Shown one piece after another: positions 41,125 through 51,420 of a stretch of 64,000 nt of DNA. The notes below the pieces were generated by a model, which was given only the letters and a program-made list of their open reading frames with translations, was not told where the DNA came from and did not search any database. Positions within the stretch are counted from its first letter, which is position 1. Every line of letters starts with the position of its first letter. The stretch covers positions 537,035 to 601,034 of the forward strand of contig CAWJQQ010000002.1 in assembly GCA_963845065.1 (NCBI GenBank), written 5' to 3'. Source of the DNA: Nitrospirota bacterium. GTDB taxonomy: Bacteria > Nitrospirota > UBA9217. A program made the translations under genes and the position numbers.

Positions 41125-42291
41125 TTATTTTTTATCCCGCCCCGTATATTTCACAAATACCATCGCGGTCGTTCGGTAGAACAGGTGCGCGAACTTCGAG
41201 TAAGGCGCGTATGCGAAGAGCGACCAGATGAATACTAGATGCAAATAGTAGATGAAGTAGCCTGCATTCATGTCAGCCAGCCGAAGCGCCCAGGACAACA
41301 TGCCTGTGGTGCCGACGCCAATCACGATCGTAAGGAATATCCAGTCGAAATAGGAACCAACCCCTGCCTTCCCGGCTTTCGCGAAACGGTTGAACAGGAG
41401 GATTACAACACCTGCTGCGAAGGCAAAGGAACTGATGAGCGCCAGGATCTTCACGGGGTCATCGTTGGGATAAGGCGACTCGCCGAAGTGAAATGGTCCG
41501 AAGGGCTTGATGCCCATGAGTTCAAAACCATAGAGATAAACAATCGCCCACAAGGTCACGATGGTAAGTCCTGCAAATGCATAAAACAAGAGCATATGGC
41601 CCCACCGGCGGGTCCGGTTCACATTACAGTCTGCGAATTTTGTGTGGGCCAGAATCTGGGTAATCGAGGAAACAACGTCACCGACGAGACTGCCTTTGGA
41701 TTGCATCGCTTCGGACTGGGACTTCATGCCATTCCAGAGCCGCGTGATGCCCACGAATGCGGATGCTGCAGCAAAGATAGCCGTCAGGATGAAAACGGTA
41801 TCGATCACTGGTACGGGAACGAGCTTGTGATAGGCCATGATGTTACCTTCTGCCCTCGGTGCGGAGAAGTTCCCGTTGCCGAGCACCATGAGAATGACAT
41901 AGAAGAGCACCATAGGGATGGCGAAGAGGACCGGCAGAAATTTTACGTCCGTTGCTATCTTCGCGAAAAAGGGCACCATGGCAACATGCTTGATGCTTTG
42001 TTTTCTGATAGCGTTCAGCACTTCGCCGGGCTTAGCGCCGCGCGGACAATAAGCAGTGCAGTCGCTGCACTGATGGCAAAGCCAGACATCAGCGCTTGTG
42101 ACAAGTTTGTCCTTCTGGCCCCACTGGGCGAGGACCATTTCTTTCCGCGGGAAAGGATTCCCGTCGGGAGTCACGTTGCAGACCACAGAGCAGGTGGCGC
42201 ATTGATAGCACTTCTTGAGGGATTCTCCGCCACCCTTAATGATCTCGTTTACAAATTGTAAATCCGGTTTAATAACTGTTGCATCAGACAT
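41125..42291 (-). CDS. qmoC: Quinone-interacting membrane oxidoreductase subunit C
   Basis: HdrC-like Fe-S motifs CYQCATCSVVC and CHQCSDCTAYC, TM domain with His ligands (YSKFAHLFY), gene context. Confidence 0.93.
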   Translation of the reverse strand: MSDATVIKPDLQFVNEIIKGGGESLKKCYQCATCSVVCNVTPDGNPFPRKEMVLAQWGQKDKLVTSADVWLCHQCSDCTAYCPRGAKPGEVLNAIRKQSIKHVAMVPFFAKIATDVKFLPVLFAIPMVLFYVILMVLGNGNFSAPRAEGNIMAYHKLVPVPVIDTVFILTAIFAAASAFVGITRLWNGMKSQSEAMQSKGSLVGDVVSSITQILAHTKFADCNVNRTRRWGHMLLFYAFAGLTIVTLWAIVYLYGFELMGIKPFGPFHFGESPYPNDDPVKILALISSFAFAAGVVILLFNRFAKAGKAGVGSYFDWIFLTIVIGVGTTGMLSWALRLADMNAGYFIYYLHLVFIWSLFAYAPYSKFAHLFYRTTAMVFVKYTGRDKK

Positions 42292-42366
42292 GTAAATCCT
42301 CCCATTGCTTTGGTTAGGAGTTGATTGCAGTTAAACTCCACCCTCCGAACTTTCCCCTCTCTTTAA

Positions 42367-44601
42367 CTACATGCTCTTGAACGGGTTCGGTCCGATCGTC
42401 TTCACCCTTGCGACAAACTCATTGATCATATCGGGGAGCTTATCATATTCGTTGATGGCGATCTGCATCAGCTGGACTCGGTCCGATTCCAGCTGGAGCC
42501 TGTTCAGTGTCTCGCTAACCTTGCTGAAACGCGTGTTCGCGAGTTCACTTCCTTTGACGAAGTGGCACTGGTAGTTCTCGCCATACTTGCAGCCCAGAAG
42601 CAGCATGCCGTCGATGCCCTTCGAAAGCGCGTCGGCCACCCACACGAGGTTCATACCACCGAGGCAGCGCATGGAAACAAAACGCACCGAGGGGTCAATC
42701 CTCTTCCGGTTGATCGCGGCGGTGTCGAGGGCCGGATAGGAGTCATTCTCGCACACCAGGCAAGCAATGCGGAACGTGTCCTCGTCGTCCGGGACATCGA
42801 TGGATTTGAGCATGGAGCCGACGATATCGACACTGTAGTCTTTGAAGGACACGATGCGTTCAGGGCAAGCGCCCATGCAAGTTCCGCAGCGGCGGCAGCG
42901 GTTGAGATTGTACTTGGGAATCCCCTTGTCGTCCTCATCGATGGCGCCGAAGGGGCATTCTTCCGTGCACCGCTTGCAGGCCGTACATTTGATAAGCATC
43001 GGATCGGGGAATGTAACGTCCCAACCGCGGGGATGCACAGCAACTCCGCGCGCCACATGGTCCATGGCCTGGATAGCCTTAAACGCCGCGCCTGCGCCGT
43101 CTTCCTGGGCTTCAGCCATATTCATCGGCTGATGCACGCTTCCCGCCGCGTAGATGCCGGTCCTGCGCGTCTCGTACTGGAAACAAATGAAGTTTGAATC
43201 GGCAAAACCCGAGGCCCCTTCGAGAGTCGGTATTTCAGGGCCCTGCCGGTAGCCGAGATTCAGGATATACTCGGGTTTAGGCGTCTGCTCGAGATAATTC
43301 TTTTTCGATTCGTCGCCGCCAGCGGCTGCCTTGGTCAGACCATCGGCGTACTCCTGGGGCCAACGTGTAGTCGGAACCATGCCTGTGGCCAGGACAACGA
43401 GGTCCGCCTCCACTTTTACTTTCTCTCCGGTCTTGGTGCCGAAGAGCGTGTTCTCCATCTCGACAAACATGTTTCCGTTTACAGCTTCAGATACACCAGT
43501 CACGTCTGCCTTGCTGAGCATCACGCCGGGATTGTTCTGTGCTTCCTTATAGTAGAGCTCAGTCCTGCCAGGTGTCCTGATGTCCTTATAGAAGATCATT
43601 GCTAGGGCATCCTGATTCTGCCTCACATACTGCGCCTGCTTAAGAGACGTCGCGCAGCACATGGAAGAGCAATAGGGAAGATGGTTCGGATCGCGCTGGC
43701 CCGCACACTGGATGAATGCAACCTTCAGTGCCGGTTTTCCATCCGACGGACGGAGCAGCTTTCCGCCGTTTTTCTTCGCGATTTCCTCGAGTTCGATGTT
43801 CGTGACAACATTCTTGATCCGGCCATAGCCGAGGTAGTCAAGCTTGTTTGCATCATAGGGCTTCCAGCCCGTGGCCATGATAATTGAGCCGATTTTCACG
43901 GTCTCGTTGTTTGAAAGCGTAACAACGTAAAGACCCGGCTGTCCGTCGGTCTTGGCGACCGTCGTCGACTTGTATACTTTGATATTGGGGTTGCTTTCAA
44001 CTTCACTCACGGTTTTCGCGATATCCGTATCAACGATCAGCGGTTTGTTGAAATAGGAATCCGTCGGTATCTTTTTATAGAGCTTGTTCACAAAGCCGCC
44101 GAGCTGCGCATCTTTTTCCACGAGTACGACCTTCTCGCCCGCGACTGCTGCGGAGAGCGCTGCGGTCATGCCGGCAATGCCGCCTCCAATTACCAGGATC
44201 GTCTTGTTCAGGTCCGGCAGGATGCTCGGCTCTGGCAGATCGCCCTTCTGTGTCTTGACAATACCCATGCTAAGGTAATCGTAAGCAGCATCGTTCGTCG
44301 CATCCGTATTCGGTTCCATGGTCCACGCAACGAACTCACGGATGTTGACACGTTCAACGATAGAACCGGGAAAATCGAACTCTTCGTATTTTACGCGGGG
44401 AGAGCAGGCGGCGATGATGATGGTGTTCACGCCTTCTTTCGCCATATCGTCTTTTATCAACTGAACACCCTCGGTGCTGCACAGGGCGTCGTGGAATTTG
44501 TAGTTCTGGACCTTTTTAGCAGCACCGGCAACTTTCTCGACGTCCATTGCCTCCTTGATTCCGCACCCTTTACAGATATATACGCCGAATTTCTTCTCCA
44601 T
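42367..44601 (-). CDS. qmoB: QmoB (HdrA-like, ferredoxin and MvhD-like domains)
   Basis: GGGIAG FAD motif, YCSSMCC, two CxxCxxCxxxC motifs, C-terminal MvhD domain. Confidence 0.94.
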   Translation of the reverse strand: MEKKFGVYICKGCGIKEAMDVEKVAGAAKKVQNYKFHDALCSTEGVQLIKDDMAKEGVNTIIIAACSPRVKYEEFDFPGSIVERVNIREFVAWTMEPNTDATNDAAYDYLSMGIVKTQKGDLPEPSILPDLNKTILVIGGGIAGMTAALSAAVAGEKVVLVEKDAQLGGFVNKLYKKIPTDSYFNKPLIVDTDIAKTVSEVESNPNIKVYKSTTVAKTDGQPGLYVVTLSNNETVKIGSIIMATGWKPYDANKLDYLGYGRIKNVVTNIELEEIAKKNGGKLLRPSDGKPALKVAFIQCAGQRDPNHLPYCSSMCCATSLKQAQYVRQNQDALAMIFYKDIRTPGRTELYYKEAQNNPGVMLSKADVTGVSEAVNGNMFVEMENTLFGTKTGEKVKVEADLVVLATGMVPTTRWPQEYADGLTKAAAGGDESKKNYLEQTPKPEYILNLGYRQGPEIPTLEGASGFADSNFICFQYETRRTGIYAAGSVHQPMNMAEAQEDGAGAAFKAIQAMDHVARGVAVHPRGWDVTFPDPMLIKCTACKRCTEECPFGAIDEDDKGIPKYNLNRCRRCGTCMGACPERIVSFKDYSVDIVGSMLKSIDVPDDEDTFRIACLVCENDSYPALDTAAINRKRIDPSVRFVSMRCLGGMNLVWVADALSKGIDGMLLLGCKYGENYQCHFVKGSELANTRFSKVSETLNRLQLESDRVQLMQIAINEYDKLPDMINEFVARVKTIGPNPFKSM

Positions 44602-44603
44602 CC

Positions 44604-45854
44604 TTATTTCCTCCTCAAGCTCTGGATGCTTTTCATGACCACGCCAGTAGCATCCTGCGCTGACCGCGCAACGTCAACGGGAGTCTTGAGCGTTCCGGTT
44701 GCGTAGATGCCGGCTGGCAGCGTGGCCTGGTCCACAAAACCGTCGTCGGTCACGGTAATACCGGCGCCCTTGAGGGCCCCTATCGTAGGCTGCATCCCCG
44801 TTGCCAGAACAACCATGTCGAAAGTTTCGGTTACCTTGCCGCCTCCATGGATATCCTCCGCGGTAACGCTGACGTCGCCGTTCTGTGCCTGCTCGATCTT
44901 GGCGACTTTTCCCTTGAGGAACGACACGTTCTGATCTTCCTTAATCTTGGTATAAAACCGGTTCTCATAAAGTCCAGGAGTTCTCATGTCAATGTAGAAT
45001 ATCTTTGCCTTTGAGTCGGGATAGAGTTCCCGAACATATGTAGCCTGTTTGATCGACGCAAGGCAACAAATGTAAGAGCAGAACTGAAGATGGTTTTCAT
45101 CGCGCGAGCCAGCGCACTGCGCGAAAGCGATGTTCTTAACTTCTTTACCGTCAGAGGGCCGAACGATCTTGCCTCCCGTCGGCCCGTTGGGAGAGGCTAG
45201 CCGCTCCATCATCATGTTGGTAATTACGTTCTGCACCTTACCGAACCCGAGGTTATCTATCTTGGTGGCATCATAGGGGTTCCAACCTGTGGCCATGACC
45301 ACGGCGCCAACCTTCACGTTCACGGTCTCCGGCTTCATATCCAGATGAATCGCATCGTATTTACATGCATCAACGCACTTAGCGCAAGAAGCTCCTTTGC
45401 ACGTCTTCTCGTCTATGACATACTTGAGCGGAAAGGCCTGGTTATGGGGGAGATAGGCCGATTTCGTAGTGCTCATACCAAAATCAAAATCATTCTTGCG
45501 CTCCACCGGGCACGCTTCGGAGCACTTGTTGCAGCCTGTACAGTTATCGTTCACAAAGCGCGGCTTGATGTTGATGGTTACGCTGAAATTGCCTTCGGAA
45601 CCGGAGACCTTCTCCACCTCCGCCATTGTGTATATGGTCACATTGCCATTGTTCCTAATGCGTTTATATTGTATCTCCAAGCCGCAATTTGGGGGGCAAA
45701 GCTTCCAGAAATACTTGTTCAGCTGCGTTACGCGGCCGCCGAGATAGGGATTCTTTTCCACAAGAATGACCTCGGAGCCTGCTTCCGCCGCTTCCACTGC
45801 TGCCGTGAGGCCGCTGAAGCCTCCACCGACAACCAACATCTTATTTTCCGCCAT
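44604..45854 (-). CDS. qmoA: QmoA (HdrA-like flavoprotein)
   Basis: GGGFSG, KLCPPNCGLE, CAGSRD, CSYICC; lies downstream of aprA. Confidence 0.94.
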   Translation of the reverse strand: MAENKMLVVGGGFSGLTAAVEAAEAGSEVILVEKNPYLGGRVTQLNKYFWKLCPPNCGLEIQYKRIRNNGNVTIYTMAEVEKVSGSEGNFSVTINIKPRFVNDNCTGCNKCSEACPVERKNDFDFGMSTTKSAYLPHNQAFPLKYVIDEKTCKGASCAKCVDACKYDAIHLDMKPETVNVKVGAVVMATGWNPYDATKIDNLGFGKVQNVITNMMMERLASPNGPTGGKIVRPSDGKEVKNIAFAQCAGSRDENHLQFCSYICCLASIKQATYVRELYPDSKAKIFYIDMRTPGLYENRFYTKIKEDQNVSFLKGKVAKIEQAQNGDVSVTAEDIHGGGKVTETFDMVVLATGMQPTIGALKGAGITVTDDGFVDQATLPAGIYATGTLKTPVDVARSAQDATGVVMKSIQSLRRK

Positions 45855-46000
45855 GGTATCTTATTCCTCCTTAAAGGCTGTGAAACCTGACAAAATTGGA
45901 AATTGGAGATTAGAAATGTAAGATATAGAAGAATGAACTCGATGAATGCATTTCTGCCATTTGCACGATACAATTTCAAATATTCAAGTTCCAATAAAAT

Positions 46001-46029
46001 CTCCGGGAAGGGCATGGCCCTTCCCGGAG
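46001..46029 (-). terminator. Perfect 13-bp hairpin just after the aprA stop
   Basis: CTCCGGGAAGGGC-ATG-GCCCTTCCCGGAG followed by ATTTTATT on the minus strand. Confidence 0.75.
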
Positions 46030-46038
46030 CGATCAAAG

Positions 46039-48042
46039 TTAGGGAATCAACTGTACGTAGGGAACCTTCTTGAGTTCCCACGTGTCCTTCTCATTGTCGT
46101 ACCTGGAATTCACAAAAGCTTTCCAGTTTTTGTCGTCCACGAGATCGAAATCGCCGCGATAGTAGTAGCCGGGATATCGCGATTCTTCCCGGAACAGAAT
46201 GTGGCGGGCATGAGCCTCCACGGAGAGAATGCGGTGATAGTTCTCCCAGCAACGCATCAGCTCGTGCAGGTTGCTCGCGGCCATCTTGCTTGTATCTTCC
46301 TTGAGCATCTGAAGCTGTCTGAGGCCCTCGTCGAGCATGGTCTTGGACGTCATGTACCAGGTCGAAATGCCGCCAAAGTACTCGTCGGCGATCTTCTGCA
46401 GGCGGGTCTGGAGCATCTTCGGCTTGATATAGTACGGGTTGACCTCAGGGGCCGTGGTGTAGGTCTTATACTTCTCGTAGACCTCGAAGGGCAGATAGAG
46501 TTCGGCTGCCAGGTGGTCCGCAGTCTCCTTGATGGTCGGCGTATAGTTCGGATGATCGACGATGAAAGCAATCGCGCTCTTTGCCGCAATACGTCCCTCT
46601 GCATGCGAACCGGAAGAAAACTTGTGGCCCGAGGCGCCGCAAATATCGCCGCACATGAACAGGCCGTTCACGGTCGACATGCGATTGTAGCCCCAATGCC
46701 ATTCTTTCGGCGCGCCGAGATCATCGGGACCGGAGCACCAGAAGCCAGCACAGCCAGCATGGGAACCGAGGAGATAGGGCTCGGTCGGCATGATTTCAGA
46801 CGGGATCTTGTCCGGCTCGACGTTCTTGGCGGCCCATAGTCCGGCCTGGCCGATAGCCATATCGAGGAAGTCTTCCCATGCTTCAGCTTCGAGGTGTTTC
46901 ACCTTCTTGGCGCCCTCTTTGTCGCCAAGCTTTTCTTTGAAGGTCTTGCTGATCACGGCCATTGCGTCATGAGTTCTCATGAGGATCGGGCCCTTGCCCA
47001 GCTTCATGTCGCGCATCATCAGATGGTTGCGGATGGCCGTGCCGAGAACATCGACATATTTGCCGTATTTCGCCTTTGCCTCTGCCAGTGCGTCCGCCTT
47101 CTCGCAATAATCCTCACCGAGGCTGTTGGTCGCCTTGGCCTTGAAGAACAGGAACCAGGCACCCACCGGGCCGTAGCCGTCCTTGAAGCGGGCGGGCACG
47201 AAACGGTTCTCCATCATGGTGAGTTCAGCGCCGGCCTGCAGGCCGAGTGCATAGCCGGAACCGGAATTCCACACCGGATACCAGGCTCTGCCCTGCCCTT
47301 CCTGGGTCGACCGGGGACGGAACACGTTCACTGCGCCGCCGGCTGCCAGGACCATGGCCTTTGCCTTAAAGACATAGATCTTGTTCTCACGAACGCTGAA
47401 GCCCGCCGCTGCTGCAACGCGATTCGGCTCTTTCGCATCGTTGTAGAGCTTCACGATAAAAACGCGCTCGTAGTGATTTGTTGCCATACCGGTCGCTTCG
47501 CGATTGGTCTGGAGGGCCTTCTTTGCGGCTTCCGCAACGATGACTTTGTAGGACTCACCGTTGATCATGATCTGCCACTTGCCTGAACGAACCGGCTTGC
47601 CGCCGTCCTTCAGGGATACCTTTCCTGCTTCCTTTGCCTGGAACCCATCGAGAGAGAATCCGTCGTCGCCCATTTTCCAGATTGGAAGGCCCCATTCCTC
47701 GAAGAGCTGCACGGAATCATCGACGACCCGGCCGAGATCATAAACCAAGTCTTCTCGGATGATGCCCATGAGGTCGTTGCGAACCATCTTAACATAGTCA
47801 ACCGGGTCGTTATCACCCATGTATGTGTTAATGGCCGATAGACCCATGGCAACAGCGCCGGACCGGTCGGTCGCAGCCTTGTCCACCATGGTGACTTTGA
47901 TCTTTTTAGGATTAGCCCAGCGTGCGGCTTCGAATGCCGCGCCGCAGCAGGCCATCCCGCCGCCGATGAGGAGGAGATCGGTCTCTACTTCTTCAATCGC
48001 CGGCTTCTTGCAGAATGAAAATGTACAAGTCTCTTTTTCCAT
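46039..48042 (-). CDS. aprA: Adenylylsulfate reductase alpha subunit
   Basis: RSGAVAMGLSAINTY, WQIMINGES, ENRFVPARFKDGYGPVGAWF, HKFSSGS. Confidence 0.98.
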   Translation of the reverse strand: MEKETCTFSFCKKPAIEEVETDLLLIGGGMACCGAAFEAARWANPKKIKVTMVDKAATDRSGAVAMGLSAINTYMGDNDPVDYVKMVRNDLMGIIREDLVYDLGRVVDDSVQLFEEWGLPIWKMGDDGFSLDGFQAKEAGKVSLKDGGKPVRSGKWQIMINGESYKVIVAEAAKKALQTNREATGMATNHYERVFIVKLYNDAKEPNRVAAAAGFSVRENKIYVFKAKAMVLAAGGAVNVFRPRSTQEGQGRAWYPVWNSGSGYALGLQAGAELTMMENRFVPARFKDGYGPVGAWFLFFKAKATNSLGEDYCEKADALAEAKAKYGKYVDVLGTAIRNHLMMRDMKLGKGPILMRTHDAMAVISKTFKEKLGDKEGAKKVKHLEAEAWEDFLDMAIGQAGLWAAKNVEPDKIPSEIMPTEPYLLGSHAGCAGFWCSGPDDLGAPKEWHWGYNRMSTVNGLFMCGDICGASGHKFSSGSHAEGRIAAKSAIAFIVDHPNYTPTIKETADHLAAELYLPFEVYEKYKTYTTAPEVNPYYIKPKMLQTRLQKIADEYFGGISTWYMTSKTMLDEGLRQLQMLKEDTSKMAASNLHELMRCWENYHRILSVEAHARHILFREESRYPGYYYRGDFDLVDDKNWKAFVNSRYDNEKDTWELKKVPYVQLIP

Positions 48043-48055
48043 TAGTATATCCTCC

Positions 48056-48487
48056 TTATTTCTTGAATACCGGCATTGGCTTCGAGTGGGTGAAAAAGCC
48101 CGGCTGTTTGAGTTTAGCCATATCCGCTTCAGGCTTGCCCTTGAAGGGATCGACCGAGCCTTCGGCAGTGGTCCTGATCGGGAACTTGAACCTCTTGAGA
48201 ATCCCGTTCCGGAACTTAATGGTCCACATGATGGAGTCCGTACCCCTCAACGGGATAACGTTTGCTCCGAGAGGAACGAAGTCCTGATATCCTCTGACTT
48301 CAATCGCCTGCTGTGGGCAGATCTTCACGCAGTTGTAGCACTCCCAGCATTGCTCCGGCTCTTGGTTGTAGGCCTTCATGGTATCCCTGTTCAGGGCCAT
48401 GAGGTCGTTCGGGCAGATATACTGGCAAGCAGTCTTATCTTGCGCCTTGCAACCGTCACACTTCTCTGTAATCACATAACTCGGCAT
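48056..48487 (-). CDS. aprB: Adenylylsulfate reductase beta subunit
   Basis: CDGCK..ACQYICPNDLM, QEPEQCWECYNCVKIC, KFPIRTT. Confidence 0.98.
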   Translation of the reverse strand: MPSYVITEKCDGCKAQDKTACQYICPNDLMALNRDTMKAYNQEPEQCWECYNCVKICPQQAIEVRGYQDFVPLGANVIPLRGTDSIMWTIKFRNGILKRFKFPIRTTAEGSVDPFKGKPEADMAKLKQPGFFTHSKPMPVFKK

Positions 48488-48553
48488 TTTTCTGAACCTC
48501 CTATCTGTAGAATGTATTAAACTGCTATTGCAGTTGTACGCACTTTGTAACGA

Positions 48554-49795
48554 TTATCTCTTTTCCGTATGAGTACCTTCAGCATGGCTGTGCAGTTTGA
48601 TCTCCACCTTTTCGGTGAGACCGGAATAGTATTTTTTGAGGATCTCGAGCACTTCGGGGCGGCTGAAGTGATCAGGCACGTTCTCGCCTTCGGAGAGCAT
48701 CTTACGGAGCTTGGTTCCGGACAGCATAAGCCGGTCTTCCTTTCCATGGGGGCAAGTCCTCATGGAGGCCATGCCGTCGCACTTGAAGCAATAGAACGTA
48801 TGATCGATCTTTAGCGGCTGGGTCTCGAGCGAGCCTTTCGGGATCTCGTCGAAAATCTTCTGGGCATCGAAGGGGCCATAGTAGTCACCAACACCGGCAT
48901 GGTCACGACCGACGATCAGGTGACTGCAGCCGAAGTTCTGCCGGAACAGAGCATGAAGGAGCGCTTCACGCGGACCGGCATAACGCATTTCCATGGGATA
49001 ACCACACTGGATGGCGGAATCTTTCACGAAGTATTTCTCCATGAGCGTATCGATAGCATTGGCGCGAACATCGGCCGGGATGTCGCCCTCTTTGAGTTTG
49101 CCCAGGATCTGGTGGATCAAGACGCCGTCCATTGTCTCGATGGCAATCTTGGCGAGGTACTCGTGTGAGCGGTGCATCGGGTTCCGGGTCTGGAATGCAG
49201 CTATTGTGCTCCAACCCTTCTCCTCGAACATCTTGCGGGTCTGTGCCGGAGTCATGTAAATGCCCTTGAACGTCTCGGGGAAGTGGGCTTCGGACAGTAC
49301 CTTTGCCGGACCGGCCAAGTTATAATCAGGCTGGTTCATGACCTTCTGCACACCCGGGTGACCCGCAACGTCCAACGTGCGGAAGATCTGCTTGCACTCA
49401 TGCTCCTTATCTGCTTTGGTCATAGCATACTTTTCCGTCACCTTCATGGTTGCCATAATCTTGCCCGACTCTTCATCAACGAGAGTGATTTCTTCGTTCT
49501 TTTTGAGCGAGGTGGCGAATTCCGTTGACGCTGAGAGCGTCACCGGGACGGGCCAGAATGTGCCGTCAGCCATTTTGTACTTGTCGCAGACGCCTTTCCA
49601 ATCCTTCTTCGTCATGAAACCCGTGAGTGGTGTGAATGCGCCGATGCCCATCATCACGAGGTCTGCGGTCTCGCGCGAGGTTATCTTGAGCTGCTTCAGT
49701 TTTGCGGACTTCTTAATCTCTTTCTGAAGCGCGGCCCCTTGCAGAAGAAGCGGCATAAGTTTCTTCTTTTTACCATGAGGTTTTACCAGTGCCAT
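48554..49795 (-). CDS. sat: Sulfate adenylyltransferase (dissimilatory type)
   Basis: [30 protein letters not shown]. Confidence 0.98.
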   Translation of the reverse strand: MALVKPHGKKKKLMPLLLQGAALQKEIKKSAKLKQLKITSRETADLVMMGIGAFTPLTGFMTKKDWKGVCDKYKMADGTFWPVPVTLSASTEFATSLKKNEEITLVDEESGKIMATMKVTEKYAMTKADKEHECKQIFRTLDVAGHPGVQKVMNQPDYNLAGPAKVLSEAHFPETFKGIYMTPAQTRKMFEEKGWSTIAAFQTRNPMHRSHEYLAKIAIETMDGVLIHQILGKLKEGDIPADVRANAIDTLMEKYFVKDSAIQCGYPMEMRYAGPREALLHALFRQNFGCSHLIVGRDHAGVGDYYGPFDAQKIFDEIPKGSLETQPLKIDHTFYCFKCDGMASMRTCPHGKEDRLMLSGTKLRKMLSEGENVPDHFSRPEVLEILKKYYSGLTEKVEIKLHSHAEGTHTEKR

Positions 49796-49882
49796 AGCAT
49801 GTTCCTCCTTAAAAGAATGTTAAATAGCTGATTTATTGTGGCTGAATACCACAACTTTGCATGCAAACAACTAGGAATTTTC

Positions 49883-50530
49883 TTACCCGAGAACAGCCGT
49901 CACTTTATTGAAAATCTCGCTGATGCTGCCAACACCCATGACGGTCTTCATGATGCCTTTTTTGGAGTAATAATCGATGAGTGGCGCGGTCTGCTTGGTG
50001 TATACGTCGAGCCGTTTTTTGATTGTTTCTTCCTTATCATCATCGCGCTGGAAAAGCTGGCCGCCGCATTTGTCGCAAGTTCCCTCTTTTTTCGGCGCTG
50101 AGAAAAAAATATTGTACATCTGTTGGCAGCCTTTGCAGGTACGCCGGCCGGTGAGGCGTTTCAAGAGGTCGTTCATATCAACATCGATGTTAAGAGCAAT
50201 TGTGAGGGGAGCACCCCTACCGGAGAGTATCTTGTCGAGTGCCTCGGCCTGGGCAGTATTTCGCGGGAATCCGTCGAGGATGAAGCCATCTTTGCAGTCA
50301 GGCTGTTTTATGCGTTCTTCGACCAGACCGAGAACGATCTTGTCTGACACGAGCCCGCCCTGGTCCATGATCACCTTTGCCTCTTTGCCGAGCGGTGTGC
50401 CGTCAGCTACTGCCTTGCGAAGGATATCACCCGTGGAAATTTGCGGAATCTTGTACTTCTCGATCAACATCTTCGCTTGCGTGCCTTTACCAGCTCCGGG
50501 AGCACCGAGCAGCACAACCCTTTTGGCCAT
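49883..50530 (-). CDS. adk: Adenylate kinase with Zn lid
   Basis: GAPGAGKGTQ, LDGFPR, Cys lid, QRDDD. Confidence 0.97.
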   Translation of the reverse strand: MAKRVVLLGAPGAGKGTQAKMLIEKYKIPQISTGDILRKAVADGTPLGKEAKVIMDQGGLVSDKIVLGLVEERIKQPDCKDGFILDGFPRNTAQAEALDKILSGRGAPLTIALNIDVDMNDLLKRLTGRRTCKGCQQMYNIFFSAPKKEGTCDKCGGQLFQRDDDKEETIKKRLDVYTKQTAPLIDYYSKKGIMKTVMGVGSISEIFNKVTAVLG

Positions 50531-50690
50531 AGTGATAATTCCTCCGTAAAATTAAAATAAGAAAATAAGAATATAAGTTAAGAAAAGACTGAGGGCACAA
50601 TAAACCCTTCACATGATTTAACCGGAGCTATATTCGTTTAAATCGGATCAATTTTCAAGTTAATAATTATAATTGCAATATTAGTTTTGT

Positions 50691-51290
50691 TTATAAATGG
50701 AGAAGTAAATGAAGGAATTCAGCTAGTTTTTCAAGGGCTTTACCCCTGTGGCTAAGGCTGTCCTTCTCTTCTCCGGTCATCTCGGCAAAGGTGATTTTTT
50801 TGTTCTCTGGGATGAAGATTGGATCATACCCGAAACCGGTTTTCCCTTTTGGTTCATGCCCGATGCAACCTTTTGCGTAACCGATAAAAGTTTTTGTTAG
50901 GCCAGACGGGAAAGCGAGGGCCATGCAACAAACGAACTGGGCACTTCTTTTTTCGTCCGGAATGTCCTTCAACTCAGCCAAGAGCTTCTCATAATTCCTG
51001 ATATCGCTCTTGCCGCCCTCGTCTGCGTAGCGGGCCGAGTAGACTCCTGGCGCACCATTTAAGGCATCAACCTGAAGGCCCGAGTCGTCCGCAAGGGCGG
51101 GTTTGCCCGTGCATCGGCAGACCTCGACCGCTTTCTTGGCCGCGTTCCCCTCGAACGTGTCTCTATCTTCGACTGTTTCCGGACAATCAGGGAAATTATC
51201 GAGGGAGAGAATGGTGATAGGCAAATCAGCTGTGATACGCCTGATCTCCTCGATCTTTTTTTTATTCCGCGTCGCGAGAACGATTTCCAT
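50691..51290 (-). CDS. rdgB: Non-canonical purine NTP pyrophosphatase
   Basis: ATRNKKK, ADDSGL, PGVYSARY, GFGYDPIF, SHRGKA. Confidence 0.95.
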   Translation of the reverse strand: MEIVLATRNKKKIEEIRRITADLPITILSLDNFPDCPETVEDRDTFEGNAAKKAVEVCRCTGKPALADDSGLQVDALNGAPGVYSARYADEGGKSDIRNYEKLLAELKDIPDEKRSAQFVCCMALAFPSGLTKTFIGYAKGCIGHEPKGKTGFGYDPIFIPENKKITFAEMTGEEKDSLSHRGKALEKLAEFLHLLLHL

Positions 51291-51420
51291 GGAATGTGTT
51301 ATTCCCCTGTCTCCTGTTTTTTGCTGACTTCCTACTGGTTCGCGGAATCGTAAAAATTATCACTCAGCAAGACTCATGTGGTACAATTGGCGTTCATCAG
51401 CGAAACCTTCATGTATCTTT

